Part shown: positions 38,119 to 57,229 of the stretch, one piece after another
How positions within the stretch are numbered: position 1 is the stretch's first letter
Layout of the letters: each line of letters begins with the position of its first letter
Assembly (NCBI GenBank): GCA_904063045.1
Contig: CAJFCJ010000013.1
Location: 664,156 to 728,155, forward strand
DNA length: 64,000 nucleotides
Direction of reading: 5' to 3'
Source: Dimorphilus gyrociliatus
Taxonomy: Eukaryota; Animalia; Annelida
Notes under the pieces: model-generated
Databases searched by the model: none
What the model saw: only the letters and a program-made list of their open reading frames with translations
What the model was told of the DNA's origin: nothing
Translations under genes and position numbers: made by a program

Positions 38119-39169
38119 TTAAACACTATTATGCATATTATAATCGGCCATTTGATGAAATGGTCTAATTACACGTTGGGCGTCTGGTGTCTCCAAATCC
38201 AGATACTGAGAAGCTAACGATTGGGTTCCTATTCTAGATGCCATGGTCATATCAAGCTTTGCTAAATTAGCCTGTCGCCAACTCTTCTTCTTTCGCTTCA
38301 TCGGACCAATTGATTTCATACGGCCAATATGCTCTGGTCTCTCCTCCAATATCGCTGCAAAAGAAACATGAAATTAGTAATACTTGCTTAAATGTTTAAA
38401 GTCAGTATTACAAACCTGATAACATGTGCTGTTCTTCAGTAGGCTCTTCTTCCTCACTAGTTTCCATTTCTTCTATGTCCGTAGGCTCCTTCAGCTCTGT
38501 CTTCTCCTCAAAAATATCCTCTTCAGTTAATTCCATTCCTTCTTCACGAGCCTCTTCACATATTTCCATTTCACTTTCACAGTGACAGTGGCAATTGCAA
38601 TTATTGTTATCAGCGATATCTTCGGATTCCCCCAACATTTCTTCTTCATCAAGTGGCTTATCGTTTTCAATTCCTTCCATTGGTCCATCATGAGCATCGC
38701 TATCGTATACTTCAACCTCAACTCCCTCCTCATCGACATACTGCGAGTCCACATCAACGTTAGCTATAGTTAAAAAAAATGATCTTATAAATACTGTATT
38801 TCAAGTTATTGAACTACTTACACTCAATAAAAGATTCAAACTTCTTACCACCTGAAATGATAGAACGTAAATTTTAATATTAACATCTAATTAAATGTCT
38901 TTTGTTGTTTTTTTTTGTTTTACTTACAGCACGATCTTAGAATGATATGAGCATTTACTGAACAAACGAGAAAGGGCTGCAATAAAAAACGTTAATTGAA
39001 ATTAAAAAAAATTTACCGGGAAAATAAACATTTTACTACTTACGGTTAAGAGTAAGCACATTAAGCCCCATCGTCCACCTCCTACAGACCAAACAAGAAT
39101 ACAAAGAATGGATGATAGTGTAGCAACAACTAATGCAAAATAGAGTTGTAATCTGGTCTTAACTTTCAT
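38119..39169 (-). CDS. Orphan protein (262 aa): two N-terminal hydrophobic segments, CC, long acidic domain with CNCHCHC, basic C-terminus
   Basis: Exons 39169-39044, 38976-38928, 38851-38822, 38763-38416, 38354-38119; all GT-AG and in phase. TATA-like TATATAAA upstream near 39292-39299. Confidence 0.8.
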
Positions 39170-42100
39170 TTTTAAAGGATATTCTAAAGAAAAGAAATAT
39201 ATTTTACTATTTAGCTTTTAACAATTAGTAATGTACATATATATATATATATTAATTAAATATCGTCTTCGTGTCCATAATCTATGACATTTATATATCA
39301 CGGTCACGTGGCAAAAATTTTTTTCAAAGAATCGTGCGCTATTCTCTCATTTTGGAAAGAATTAAAAAGTATTTTCTTCAATTTAATAGAATATAATTGT
39401 CTTAAATATAAAGTGTTCCACATGACAAGCTAGTTATCGTTGGTATCTAGGTTGGAAAAAGAAAAACAACGAACTTCTCAACTTTATTTCACTTGCAAAG
39501 AAAAGTTTTAAGTATTAACAAACGTCTTTAGGTTATTTATTATCTGTCATTTTGAAAAGGTATAAATGATAAGCTAATTAAATAAGGAAAAGCAAACGTT
39601 CTAAAACTTACATCCGTCTTCAAAATTGTGGCTCTTATTGAGTACTTCTTACTTTAGCTTCTCGGCGCAAAAGGAAGAACCAAGATATATGCCAGTGTCA
39701 CGTGGTCACCAAGTGGAGAGCCCACGACTTTAAAACGAGGCTAAACAAGAATTTTTCATAAAAGTTAAAACTTAAAAATCTTTAGCTAAAACTTTAAAAT
39801 TTGAGAATAATCTTGAATTGAATATTTATTTCATAGAAATAATTAACGCCCTCTTAAGGTAAAAGTTGAGTAGTGTTAAAAAAATTAATGTAAAGTTATT
39901 GCTAATTGGATAGAGCCATCTTTGAAATTACACTGATATTATAGAAAGTTTTAGCAGCAATTGATATAAAGAAAAACAGTTAATTTTAAATAAAATACTG
40001 TTTATATACAATTCTATGGGGAATTTGCAACAAGTAGAAGATCCTGTTTACAGCTCAAACATCTGTATTACTAAAATGCTACTTGTTCCGATAAAATTGG
40101 AAGAGTCGTTGATGGATATGAAACCTGATTAAATACAATGTAAAATTGTTTTTTCTTTTTTTTTTTTTAAAATAAATCTATTCCATTTATCATCAATTTA
40201 AGTCTATTTATAAATTTATCATCTGTAAAAATTGTTACTCTAACCATAAGAATTTGTTGAATTGAAAGATATCAGAATGGAAAACCAGTTGGGTTCTTAT
40301 CGAACTTTAAATAAATACTTGATAAAAAGATTAAAATTTAATTTTTTATGTGTTTCGAAAGGTAATATACTAAACTAAAATGCTACTATTGATTAGATTA
40401 GAAATGTTATTTTCATCTTAAACTTACTTGAAGATTATCATCTTCTGTTAGAAACAAAGATGAGTGAATTGATTAAACGAACAAAACAACTGTAATAGTT
40501 CAATATATCTGAATTTATTTTATTTTTACAGATTAAAAAAAGACCAAGAAAATTTTCTTCCGATTCTATCTATCCATCTATCTATCTTCCTTCCTATCCA
40601 TCTACTCTATTCGATTTCTTTTATATATATTTTACAGACAGAGAGTCAATAATCAAATTAAACTATAATTATAACATAAAGTATAAATAGCTCGCCTGTA
40701 CGACTACGCTTACCGGTAGAAAAATATATAAAAAGATAACAAAAATCCAAAGGATTGTGTTACCATTTTTTCCTACTCATTTCAAAGGTTTTTAGCTAGT
40801 ATTTTCCAACAAAAGAACGAAAAAATTTGCAGTTTAAGTATGAATTTCATAAAATTATTAATAGTTTTTCTATTGATAGATTTCTAGCAAAGGTGGGTCA
40901 AATACACTAGTTTTAGTATAAAATAATATATTTAGAATAGGGAAAAGAGTGAGAGAGAGTGAGTGACTGGGATAAGAAAGGGTGGAACCTTCTTGAATCG
41001 ACCTACATTTTTTTCATTGTGGACTACAACCGTTTTAAAATAGCAAATATACATAATTTTTCTTATGAAACAAAAGAATAATATCTCTTAACTGCTGGCT
41101 GTTAAACGAAACTCGTAGGTTTTAGCCTTCAAGGTCACGCTTTTTCTCATGTGTAGATTAAGTATATAGGTTCCTTTTTTTTTGTTATATTGGCTTTTTT
41201 TCTCATCTCGAAACCTTCCCCTCATTAGTTAAAGTTTGTATACTAGGTTACGCGATAAAACAAACAATTACCAAATGTTGTGTAATCAATCATAAAATAA
41301 TGTTGTTTTGGATAGAAATGATCAAAACTAAATTAAAAGGAAAAAGGGAAAAATATGTATTAATTATCATCATCATTATTATCATCATTATAGTCATTTT
41401 TACGATATTTAAATAGAAATTATATATATATATAAATATATATATATATTACGAAAATTTGCATTTTAATCATAAAATAAATAAGAAAAAACACAAAATG
41501 AATTATAATTTATGTAAAATTCTTAAAATTTATTCAACCTTCAATTTGCCACGAGTCGAAAAAAGCGAGCTGAAGCTAAACAGTTATAATCGTTACCAAC
41601 ACACTCCTATAGAGCAGAGTTTTTAAGAACTTATTTACATATAGACGTGCGTTAACAGAACTATACGAAAGCAATGAGGAATGCAGGGGATACTGTATTT
41701 CTAGAACGATATTTTTTTTGTGCATTTGAGTTGATTTGTTGACACTGAGATTACATACATCTTGAGCAATATACATTATGGACAGGATCACACCTATTGC
41801 TACTTTCCGATTATCCAGAATTTTTTAGGGGAACAGCGACACACCTTTTTTCTTTACTTTTCCTTCATTGGATCTTCGGCGATGCCGGCTGTGCATTTGA
41901 CAGACAACGTTTAATTAAACGTCAATTTTTTTAAGTGTGTTGATAGAAAAGGTTGAGGTAAAATTATACCTTAGAAACAACGGGTAGACAACACATTTAA
42001 AATGCACATGCAACTAAATCTTCCGGCAATATATCAATTTGCGTAAGATGTTGGATCCATCAACATATATTAGTATTTGGATCAGGTAGCAACTATTGAT

Positions 42101-42569
42101 TTTAAGTATTTTTTGAACAAGAGGCATATATCTATCTTATTAGTTTTAAAAGCAGGGAAGGATCTTGATAGTTTTTTTTTTGCTATTTAATATAAAATTG
42201 CTTATATATGATGTGAAAGAAAAAAAACAAATGCTCTTTTTCGTTTGCCATCAGATTAATGTTATATGCATTAAATTTTTAAAAAAATATCTAAAAATTT
42301 TGTTTTTGGCATCTAAGCTAACTTTTTTTTAATGGCTAGCTAAATATGTTCACATATTGACTTTTTAAAGACAAGACATTCTTTAAAGAGCAAAGTACCA
42401 AAATGCAAAACAAGTTGACTGTGTCAGATTACAACGATTGTCAAATAAACGGACGCCTTGCATAGAAAAGTTTGCTATTAAAAGATGAAATTTTTTTTTA
42501 TCCGGCGTGTGGTAGAGAGCATCTAGAGACTGAGTATATATATAGATTGTTTAGAAAAAAAAACCTGTT

Positions 42570-49472
<6,903 letters not shown>

Positions 49473-50455
49473 ATTCTAACGAGCTCTCTTTTCGGCAACG
49501 ATCACAAATTGGACGATTATGCTAAACAAGCCCACAAAATAAACTTCGTCTCTTTCGATCTCTCTCTATCTTTTTCTTCTCTTCTCTTTTACTCGATCGC
49601 AAGCTAAAAAAAATGCCGATTCATTAGTATAGAGTAAAAACGTTGAGATCTGTCCATGCTGCATATTTATTATAAGTAATCAGACTCATAAAAAAAAGAA
49701 CTAAATAGTACAAAAATCGTAATAAAGTTTAAAACAACCCTAAGATTATAGAATAGAAAAAGAAAAGAAAAATCGACCAGAAACAGTGCTCCTGGTCTCA
49801 AAAAATTACATGAAGTTCTGCTGCGAGAGCTTCTACTTCAATGATTTATCGATGTGGAGTCCACACATAGTAGCGTATCGTATCGAAGGAGATATGACTA
49901 ACGATTCATTATCGGTAATATACGATCATAAAACTGATACTTGGTTATTCTTGTACCTCATCATTAAAAAATTTTATAACTAATTTGCATATTATGACTT
50001 TTATAAATTAAAGAGATAATTATCAAATCATTTAATTGGATTTTAATTTAAATTTTATTTTGGTGCAAAATTTCATATATCGAATAAAAAATCGAATTTA
50101 ACGATAAGCGCATTTTCAAACAGAACACTCTATCGATTTAATTTTTTGACGATTCGATGAGCATTACGGAAGGGATGGCGGCTTCACTCTTACAGCATGT
50201 GGGGGTGGCAAGTTTTTTAGCAGACGAATTTTTAACAGAATTTAAAAAAACATGATTTTTATTAACTATAAATGTAATATTTTTTATATATACAATCTTT
50301 ATTGATTTATTAGAGAATGTTGGTTTCGATGCAATATCTACAAACGACTTCTTCTAGAAAATTTTGTGAAAAAACTTTAAAAAATCTAAAATATTTCCTC
50401 TGCATAAAATCAACTCATCCGAGATGTGGCCATTTTCGTCGTGTGTTTGTAGTTG

Positions 50456-50480
50456 ATTGGTCGCAAGAAAGTCACGTGAC
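50456..50480. promoter_or_regulatory. ATTGG plus palindromic GTCACGTGAC (CLEAR/E-box) between divergent SERCA and neuferricin
   Basis: Exact motifs at 50456-50460 and 50471-50480. Confidence 0.45.
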
Positions 50481-51592
50481 AAGAGCAATCCCGATTTGGT
50501 CATCTAAAATATTTTCTAGGCCTCTAAGCTCGACGTAAATAGTTATTGGTGCTGTAATACTGAATATTCACCTCAGTACGCATTTCAACTTTTATATTTT
50601 ACAAAGTTTTCTTACTTTTTTTTTATTTCACCAACTTATTACAATCTTAAGTAAGTGACTATCCGGTTATTTGAATTGGGAAAATTGGAAATTTGCACTC
50701 TATTTTCAGCCTGTAATAAGTTCAATGACTTTCAACTTCGTTATTTTTAAATGGCTGAAATGTTCTAAAAGAAGTAACACTTCCTTTCTATTTCTTTTAA
50801 ACAAAGAAAATTAACTTGGAGCCAACTTTAGTGGCTTTTCAATGGTTAAAACATTTGTTGTATAGCATTTCCGATCATCTATAAACAAAGATAAGGTCAT
50901 TAATCATCCTGGAACTTCAGAAAATATCAATAACCTTGTTCCAAGCCAACTTACATATTAAGTTTCAGGATAAAATTTAGTTCAAATTGTTTTAAAGAAA
51001 AATCAAGTATATTAACGAAATTATAGGAAAGAACTAGTTCATCTTCTCTATCTTCCTATTTTTAAACTGAGAAGAAAGCATTTCTTTATTAACATTTTCT
51101 ATATACATTGTAAACTAATATCTCTAATCGCCTAAACATATATAATTTATATACCTAATTAAAATTATTGCAAAATTAAATGACATAGAAAATGGGTACT
51201 GCGGGCGGAGTTATTCCTCCCGAAACGTTTTGCGGACGGTGTTCTTAACCTATAAGAGAATGACCTGACTTCTCTACTCAGTACTTGGCAAAGATGTATG
51301 TATTATTTAAGGTTCAGCTGGTAAAATAAATAAATGCGCAAAGAGCTAAATATAACTAAACGGCAATCGAATTTACGAACCCATAAAAATTTTTAGGTAC
51401 CACGAATTCTATTTAAATACTTTATTCAAACGGAATACCACAAATAAAGAGAGACCTCTAAATAGAAGCACTACATTCCCTTACATTCCTTTGCATAAAC
51501 TTTTGGATATAGCTATAGGTTTTATAAATAATATAACAGATTTGAACTCAGACAAGTTGGCGCCATTTAATCGTGACGGTAATATCGCTCAA

Positions 51593-52521
51593 ATGGCAAT
51601 GGGAAGGTCTCTTGGTACGACTTTTGTCGTATTAGCTATCTTTGGTGTTCTTCTTTCCTTATATTTCGACCAAAATCTAGTGTCTGAAATTCTTAGTAAG
51701 TTCAGCGTGTCACTATTAGTTGTTCAAAGTCCTGCAACTCGAGTTTTTACTATAGAAGAGTTAAGGTGTGTAAAACTTTTTTGTAAAATAGAATAATTAA
51801 TTCATTTTACCCGTAGTAAATATGATGGAAGTGAAAATAGTTTGGGCCTATACTTATCCATTATGGGTGAAGTATTTGATGTAAGTAAAGGTGCCAAATT
51901 TTACGGACCAGGGGGCGGTTATCACTTTTTTTCAGGTTAATTAAATACCCTATAATGAGTATTTTTTCTAAAAATATAATCAATTTACTAGGAAGAGATG
52001 CTTCTAAAGCTTTTATTACTGGAAAATTTGAAGATGGTCTGACAGATAATGTCGATGAACTATCGCCAACGGATTTAGTAGCGCTAGTGGATTGGAAAGA
52101 CTTTTATCATAAGGAGTACAAATATGTCGGAAAGCTTGATGGATGGTTTTTTAATTCTGACGGCCAGCCGACCGAAAATTACAAAATGGTGAACGAAAAA
52201 CTAGAAATAGCAAAATTGGAAAAACACAGTGATAAACTTGATGAACAGATGTTTCCCCCTTGTAACTCCGAGTGGTCTCAAGCTGATGGTGGCTTTGTTT
52301 GGTGTTCAAAATCGTCTGGTGGAATTGAAAGAAATTGGGTAGGAGTTCCGAGAAGATATTTCAGATCTGGAAAAACTGAACCTCGTTGCGCGTGCGTCAG
52401 AACAACAGGTCCACCCTCTGACAATAGAGCAAGCAAATCAAACAACGGAGATTTGGACAACCCCAACCTTAGGGAATATCAAAATTGTGATAGACTATCT
52501 GAGAGATGTAGAGTTATGTAG
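51593..52521 (+). CDS. CYB5D2: Neuferricin (cytochrome b5 domain-containing protein 2, MAPR family), 3 exons
   Basis: N-terminal hydrophobic anchor, RVFTIEEL|SKYDG...[29 protein letters not shown]|[11 protein letters not shown], and the C-terminal [14 protein letters not shown]...WVGVPRR..RCACV typical of CYB5D2. Confidence 0.93.
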
Positions 52522-52578
52522 ACTTTAAGATTTGACTATCTTTTTCATTCAGCATTTCAATCATTCCAATTAATTTCT

Positions 52579-53902
52579 TTATTCTTTATCAAGTTCTGAA
52601 TGCATTTTCATGATAATATTTAAGCATAAATCATCTTCTAGTATAGCTCCAGACTCTTTATGGAATACTAACGAGTGTGATTGTTTCTTTGCCAAATCGA
52701 TGTCTAATAAACAAAGAGTATTGGCATAAAATGCTTAATAAATAATCATAATTAAGGAAGATATATATTTGGAATATATTACCGTTGTAGCATTCAATAT
52801 GTGTAGTTTGTGGAAGTTCTAAATATTGTTCCAGTTTTTCTTTAGTCTTTTTTGATTCACTGTCATTAGAAAACACAAAGAGGAAGGGTAGATGATTGTG
52901 CCTTAGCAGGAAATAAGAGCCAGATGACTAAGAGGATTAAAAAGTTTATTAAAAAGTGTTTGTCGTGGTAAATTAACATCAGACATTGTTCATATTGATT
53001 CCTGACACAAATTGTGCTACTGCTAATGACTGCTGTTTGCTCATATTTCTACCATACAAAAACTTTATGGACGGTTTTAGGATTAAGGTAGATAAAACTT
53101 GTTGTAATATGGATCCGTTGTTATTCCAATCAGTGTAGAATTTCGAAATTTTTACTTGTCTATAGCGTAAATCATAGTAAGTTTTGATTTATTGCAGCAA
53201 TAAATTTACCTATCATCGAAAGAAAATATATTTGGTGGTAAAATGGATGTAAATTGTTTTAATCGCATTGAATTCCTAATTTGAGTTGCAAGTGTTAAAC
53301 CAGCTGCTATTGCATTTCCATGACAAACAATGGAATCTATCCTGAAGAGTTTATAAAAGAAATATAGTTTAAACATTGAATTTAAATTCTCTTTATTTTG
53401 AGCTCACCTATCAATGGATATATTGTTCAGAAAATTTAACACGTATAGTGCTAGTTCTTCGGTTTCAAAGTTGAAAAATTTCCTATCTATTCTACTTTCT
53501 ATCCGTGACCCTCCGAACACTATTAGTGGATAATTACTCAAAAACAGAATCGAAAGATATATTTGGAGACATACAAGGCCAATCTGGGATAATAACTCTG
53601 CAGTGATTTTCATGAAACTTTTCTGCCAACCTTCTTAAATCCGATTTATCACCGGGGATGTTTGGAAGGAGGAGCACATTTGGGTGTTTCAATTTAACCC
53701 CGACTGGCAGTTCATGGCCAGTGTCGATATATTTTGCGTTAATTTTTATAGGATTGGGTCTCTCCTGCCACATATCATTATTGGTAAGTAAATGTACATT
53801 TAACTCCTTCCAGCAAGACCCGCTATAAGAAGTTTTCAAAATATTATAGATTTTCTTAGCATGTCGATTTATAATGAGTGATCGAGTTAATTGGTGAATC
53901 AT
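52579..53902 (-). CDS. Alpha/beta-hydrolase fold protein, DUF1057-like, probably catalytically inactive
   Basis: Five to six phase-consistent exons. INAKYIDT, VLLLPNIPGDKSDL, CRVIIPDWPLFGGS and FETEELALYVLNFL..IDSIVCHGNA parallel DUF1057 segments (HGSPGSHNDF, INYPGFG, GHSRG) as I recall them. Confidence 0.75.
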
Positions 53903-54369
53903 AATTTCCAGATTAAATTTGTACTATCGTAAAGTTATCTACATTTTATGAATAATTACAGCATTCACGAAGTTTTTGTTGGAAGTTACACTTTCAAAAC
54001 AGACCAACACGTGTTCCGGTTTCAAACTTCCGGTGAAAAAATGGTTCTCAATAGATTAATATATATAGTTTAATTAAAAAGTATATTATACAATAAGAGA
54101 TATTTTAAATACACTTTTAAAGCGTTCCAATGTACTTTTATAGAACAACGAATATGAAAAAGTCTTAATTAGATGTGACAGGATGTAGAATCATCTGAAA
54201 TTTTCTCGCGCCTGCGCAAAGTGCGGTAACAAGGCTGCGAAATATTAAAATTTTATTGATTATTGCTTATTTTAGTATGATTTCGCTATCTTGGTATATC
54301 CTTGATTTAAACTAAACACAAATCACGGATTTCTTACGTATTTTCAATATATGAACCTTAAAATACAAG

Positions 54370-57198
54370 ATGAAGGATCGTTTACAAGCAATTAAAGCTG
54401 TAAGTACAATATCGCTCCCCTACTGAATGTTTCTTTTAAATAAGTCGTTTAAGAGCTGATCCGTAGTAATGAATTAACATGACTTATACCGAACTATAAT
54501 AACCTTTGTCAGTACTGTAAATTATTTTATTATCTTTTTTAATCAGAATAATTAACGAATTAGAGAAATAGCTTTTTTGTCATTTGTGGGCGTTTGAGGT
54601 AATTGAAGATCTATATTTGGCCCGTTATCTCTTTGGATTACTAATAACGACGCTGACAAATGAGCGTTTTAACAATGTAAAGAGGTTTATCGAGCATAAT
54701 TGTTGCTCTCCATCATTATGGAAAATTATTGTAAAGAAATTAAGCAGAGTTGTAACTTTGTAACGATACACGGTGCACTTTGTCTTAATATAAAAAAAGC
54801 TATTTTATTCTTTTCACGACAGTCAAACTGTAATTGTCCTTAATTATATACTATCGAATTGACAAAAATGAATAACTTTTGTTTCTTATAGGTCCAAAGT
54901 GATGATGACGATGCACAAGATGAAACAACCGTACACGCAGATAACCGAAATGGTTTCATGGATGAATTTTTCGAACAGGTAAACTTTTGTAGGCGTTAAT
55001 TCTGTTAATCAATTACTTCTATAAAATTTGTCGAAAGCATTCAGAGAATCAATAGGTATAATTCATATATAAATGATTCATCTTTGAATCATTTATAAAT
55101 GCGTCAACGATGAACGATTGAGTAACAGCAACACGATATAACAATTTTTTCATTTTAGGCCAAAAAATAAACTGAATATTCGATAATAAATGTAATGGTG
55201 ATTACAGATGTCAATCTATTTAAGGCTGGTCTCTCTGATGTTATCCTCTTTTAAGTACTAATAAGATCATAGACTAAATTGGTGGAAATTAGCGTTGAAA
55301 AAAAAATAGTGCCGTTTTTGTGTTCCTTAAACCCATCTGAAATGTAAAATTAACGTATAATTGTTCTCCAGTTGTTCATTAATTGCAACGCTCTATTGAT
55401 CTGATACTGTGCGTTGTTTGTCGAAGCGCTCTGAAAACGACAATGTTTCACTCATTCCTTTTTACCGCGTTTTTTTTAGAGCTTTACATATGAAAATTAC
55501 GTCAATAAGTTGGCAATTGATTACCTACTGAATTTTTATTGTTTGTAGGTTGATGACATTAGGCAGATGATTGAAAGAATACAAGCAAATGTAGATAATG
55601 TAAAGAAAATGCACAGCGATATACTTGCAGCACCTAACAATGATGAGTCTTGTAGTAAGTAATTTTTTCTTTAATGATAAATTAAGGGTATTAATTTACG
55701 AATGCCTGTGCAGAGATGAAGACCGAATTAGATGAATACATGGCAGATATAAAGAAAAATGCAAACAAAGTCCGAAATAAGCTAAAAAGTAAGTATATAT
55801 GTAATGTTTTAAAAGCTAATAATATTATTTTCCTGTTTGAAGTCAATACTTTGTGTGTGGTGCAGGAAACGTAAGCGAATACGATATAATTTGCTATATT
55901 GAATAGATATTTACGTCCCAGGTATCATACAAGCGCACAGAGAGACATTCTAATAATTTTTTCCATCTATACAATATAAATCGTAAATCTTTAATCAGTT
56001 ATTACAGAAAAGGATACAATAACACTGGCGAATAAAGCCTTGATTAGCGTTATAAGTTTATACGATCAATTATAGTGTCTAGAATGAAAATCATTTAGAC
56101 CCTTACTTTGAATGATATTAACTTTGTCCAATGATTCTCTTCCTTACAGCCATAGAGCACAATATAGAACATGATCAGCAAAGTACAACTCAATCAGCCG
56201 ACTTGCGGATACGGAAGACTCAGGTATGCTCATATTTTGTTTCGAATGGGCTTAGGTTTCACCGACTACACTATTTTCTCGGATATCACTTCTTGTATTA
56301 ATATAGATTCTCTTATATGTAAGCTTAGAACAATAATTTGCCTGCTAAATTGAACTAATAGACTCGTGTATTTTAGTTTAGTTAATTTTTGATCTTTCAT
56401 CACGACTTTTCAATATCTTAGATTTATTATTATTCAATTGAATCTAGATTACTTTAGTCAATAGGTACTATTATATTCTTAAACATCTAATTTCTTTAAA
56501 CTTTTTCTACTTTTTTCTTCATCAACAACCTGGTGATTGATTTATACTTTGTTATCTAAGAAGAAGAAACTTTAATTAATTCATTTCGTCTAAATGTTTC
56601 AATTGTTACATTAATTTTGTACTTTTTTTTTATTATTTTTTTTGAATTTAAAAAAAAAAAGAAAAAAGAACATTTTGAAACTAAACCAACCTTTCAAATT
56701 AAATTATTATAATATTTAATTTGCATATGCAAATATATTTATATATATGTATATATATATATATATATGTATTTGTATAATATTATTACATATTATTAAT
56801 AAGTTGAAGAAATTTTTTCAATTTTATTTTTGAAAAGAAGAGGAAAATTTTGTCTTTTTTGAACTTTTATTTGGTTGAAAATTTTTTCTTGAGTTAATTC
56901 TTTATTTATTGATTATTCTAATTTAAGTTATTATTTATCTATTAAAATATCATCTATAATAGCTAAATGCATGTAGTGAATAATTATTTGGCACTTTGAT
57001 ACGTTTTTTTTTATATTACCTCTACCCCTATCCTTTCCCCCGCTACTCCCTACGCATGCAATTTTAATATAAATATATAAATTTATACAAATATATAAAT
57101 AATCGGGAGTTTATTTAATATTTATATGTTTATATTTATATACCCACTTAAACAAATATACATATATGTATATACTGCAAGATATATATATATATATT

Positions 57199-57229
<31 letters not shown>

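Noticed and set aside
39990-40500. Protein-like + strand fragments (EFVELKDIRMENQLG..., ETKMSELIKRTKQL*)
   Set aside because: Could not be chained to a start codon in phase.
42380-42462. Third possible SERCA terminal exon (GVRLFDNRCN...)
   Set aside because: Weaker acceptor than 42593 and no resemblance to known SERCA tails.
49786-49983. 65-aa ORF upstream of SERCA and a similar fragment at 51190-51300
   Set aside because: Stops in the most protein-like frames; no start or splice context.
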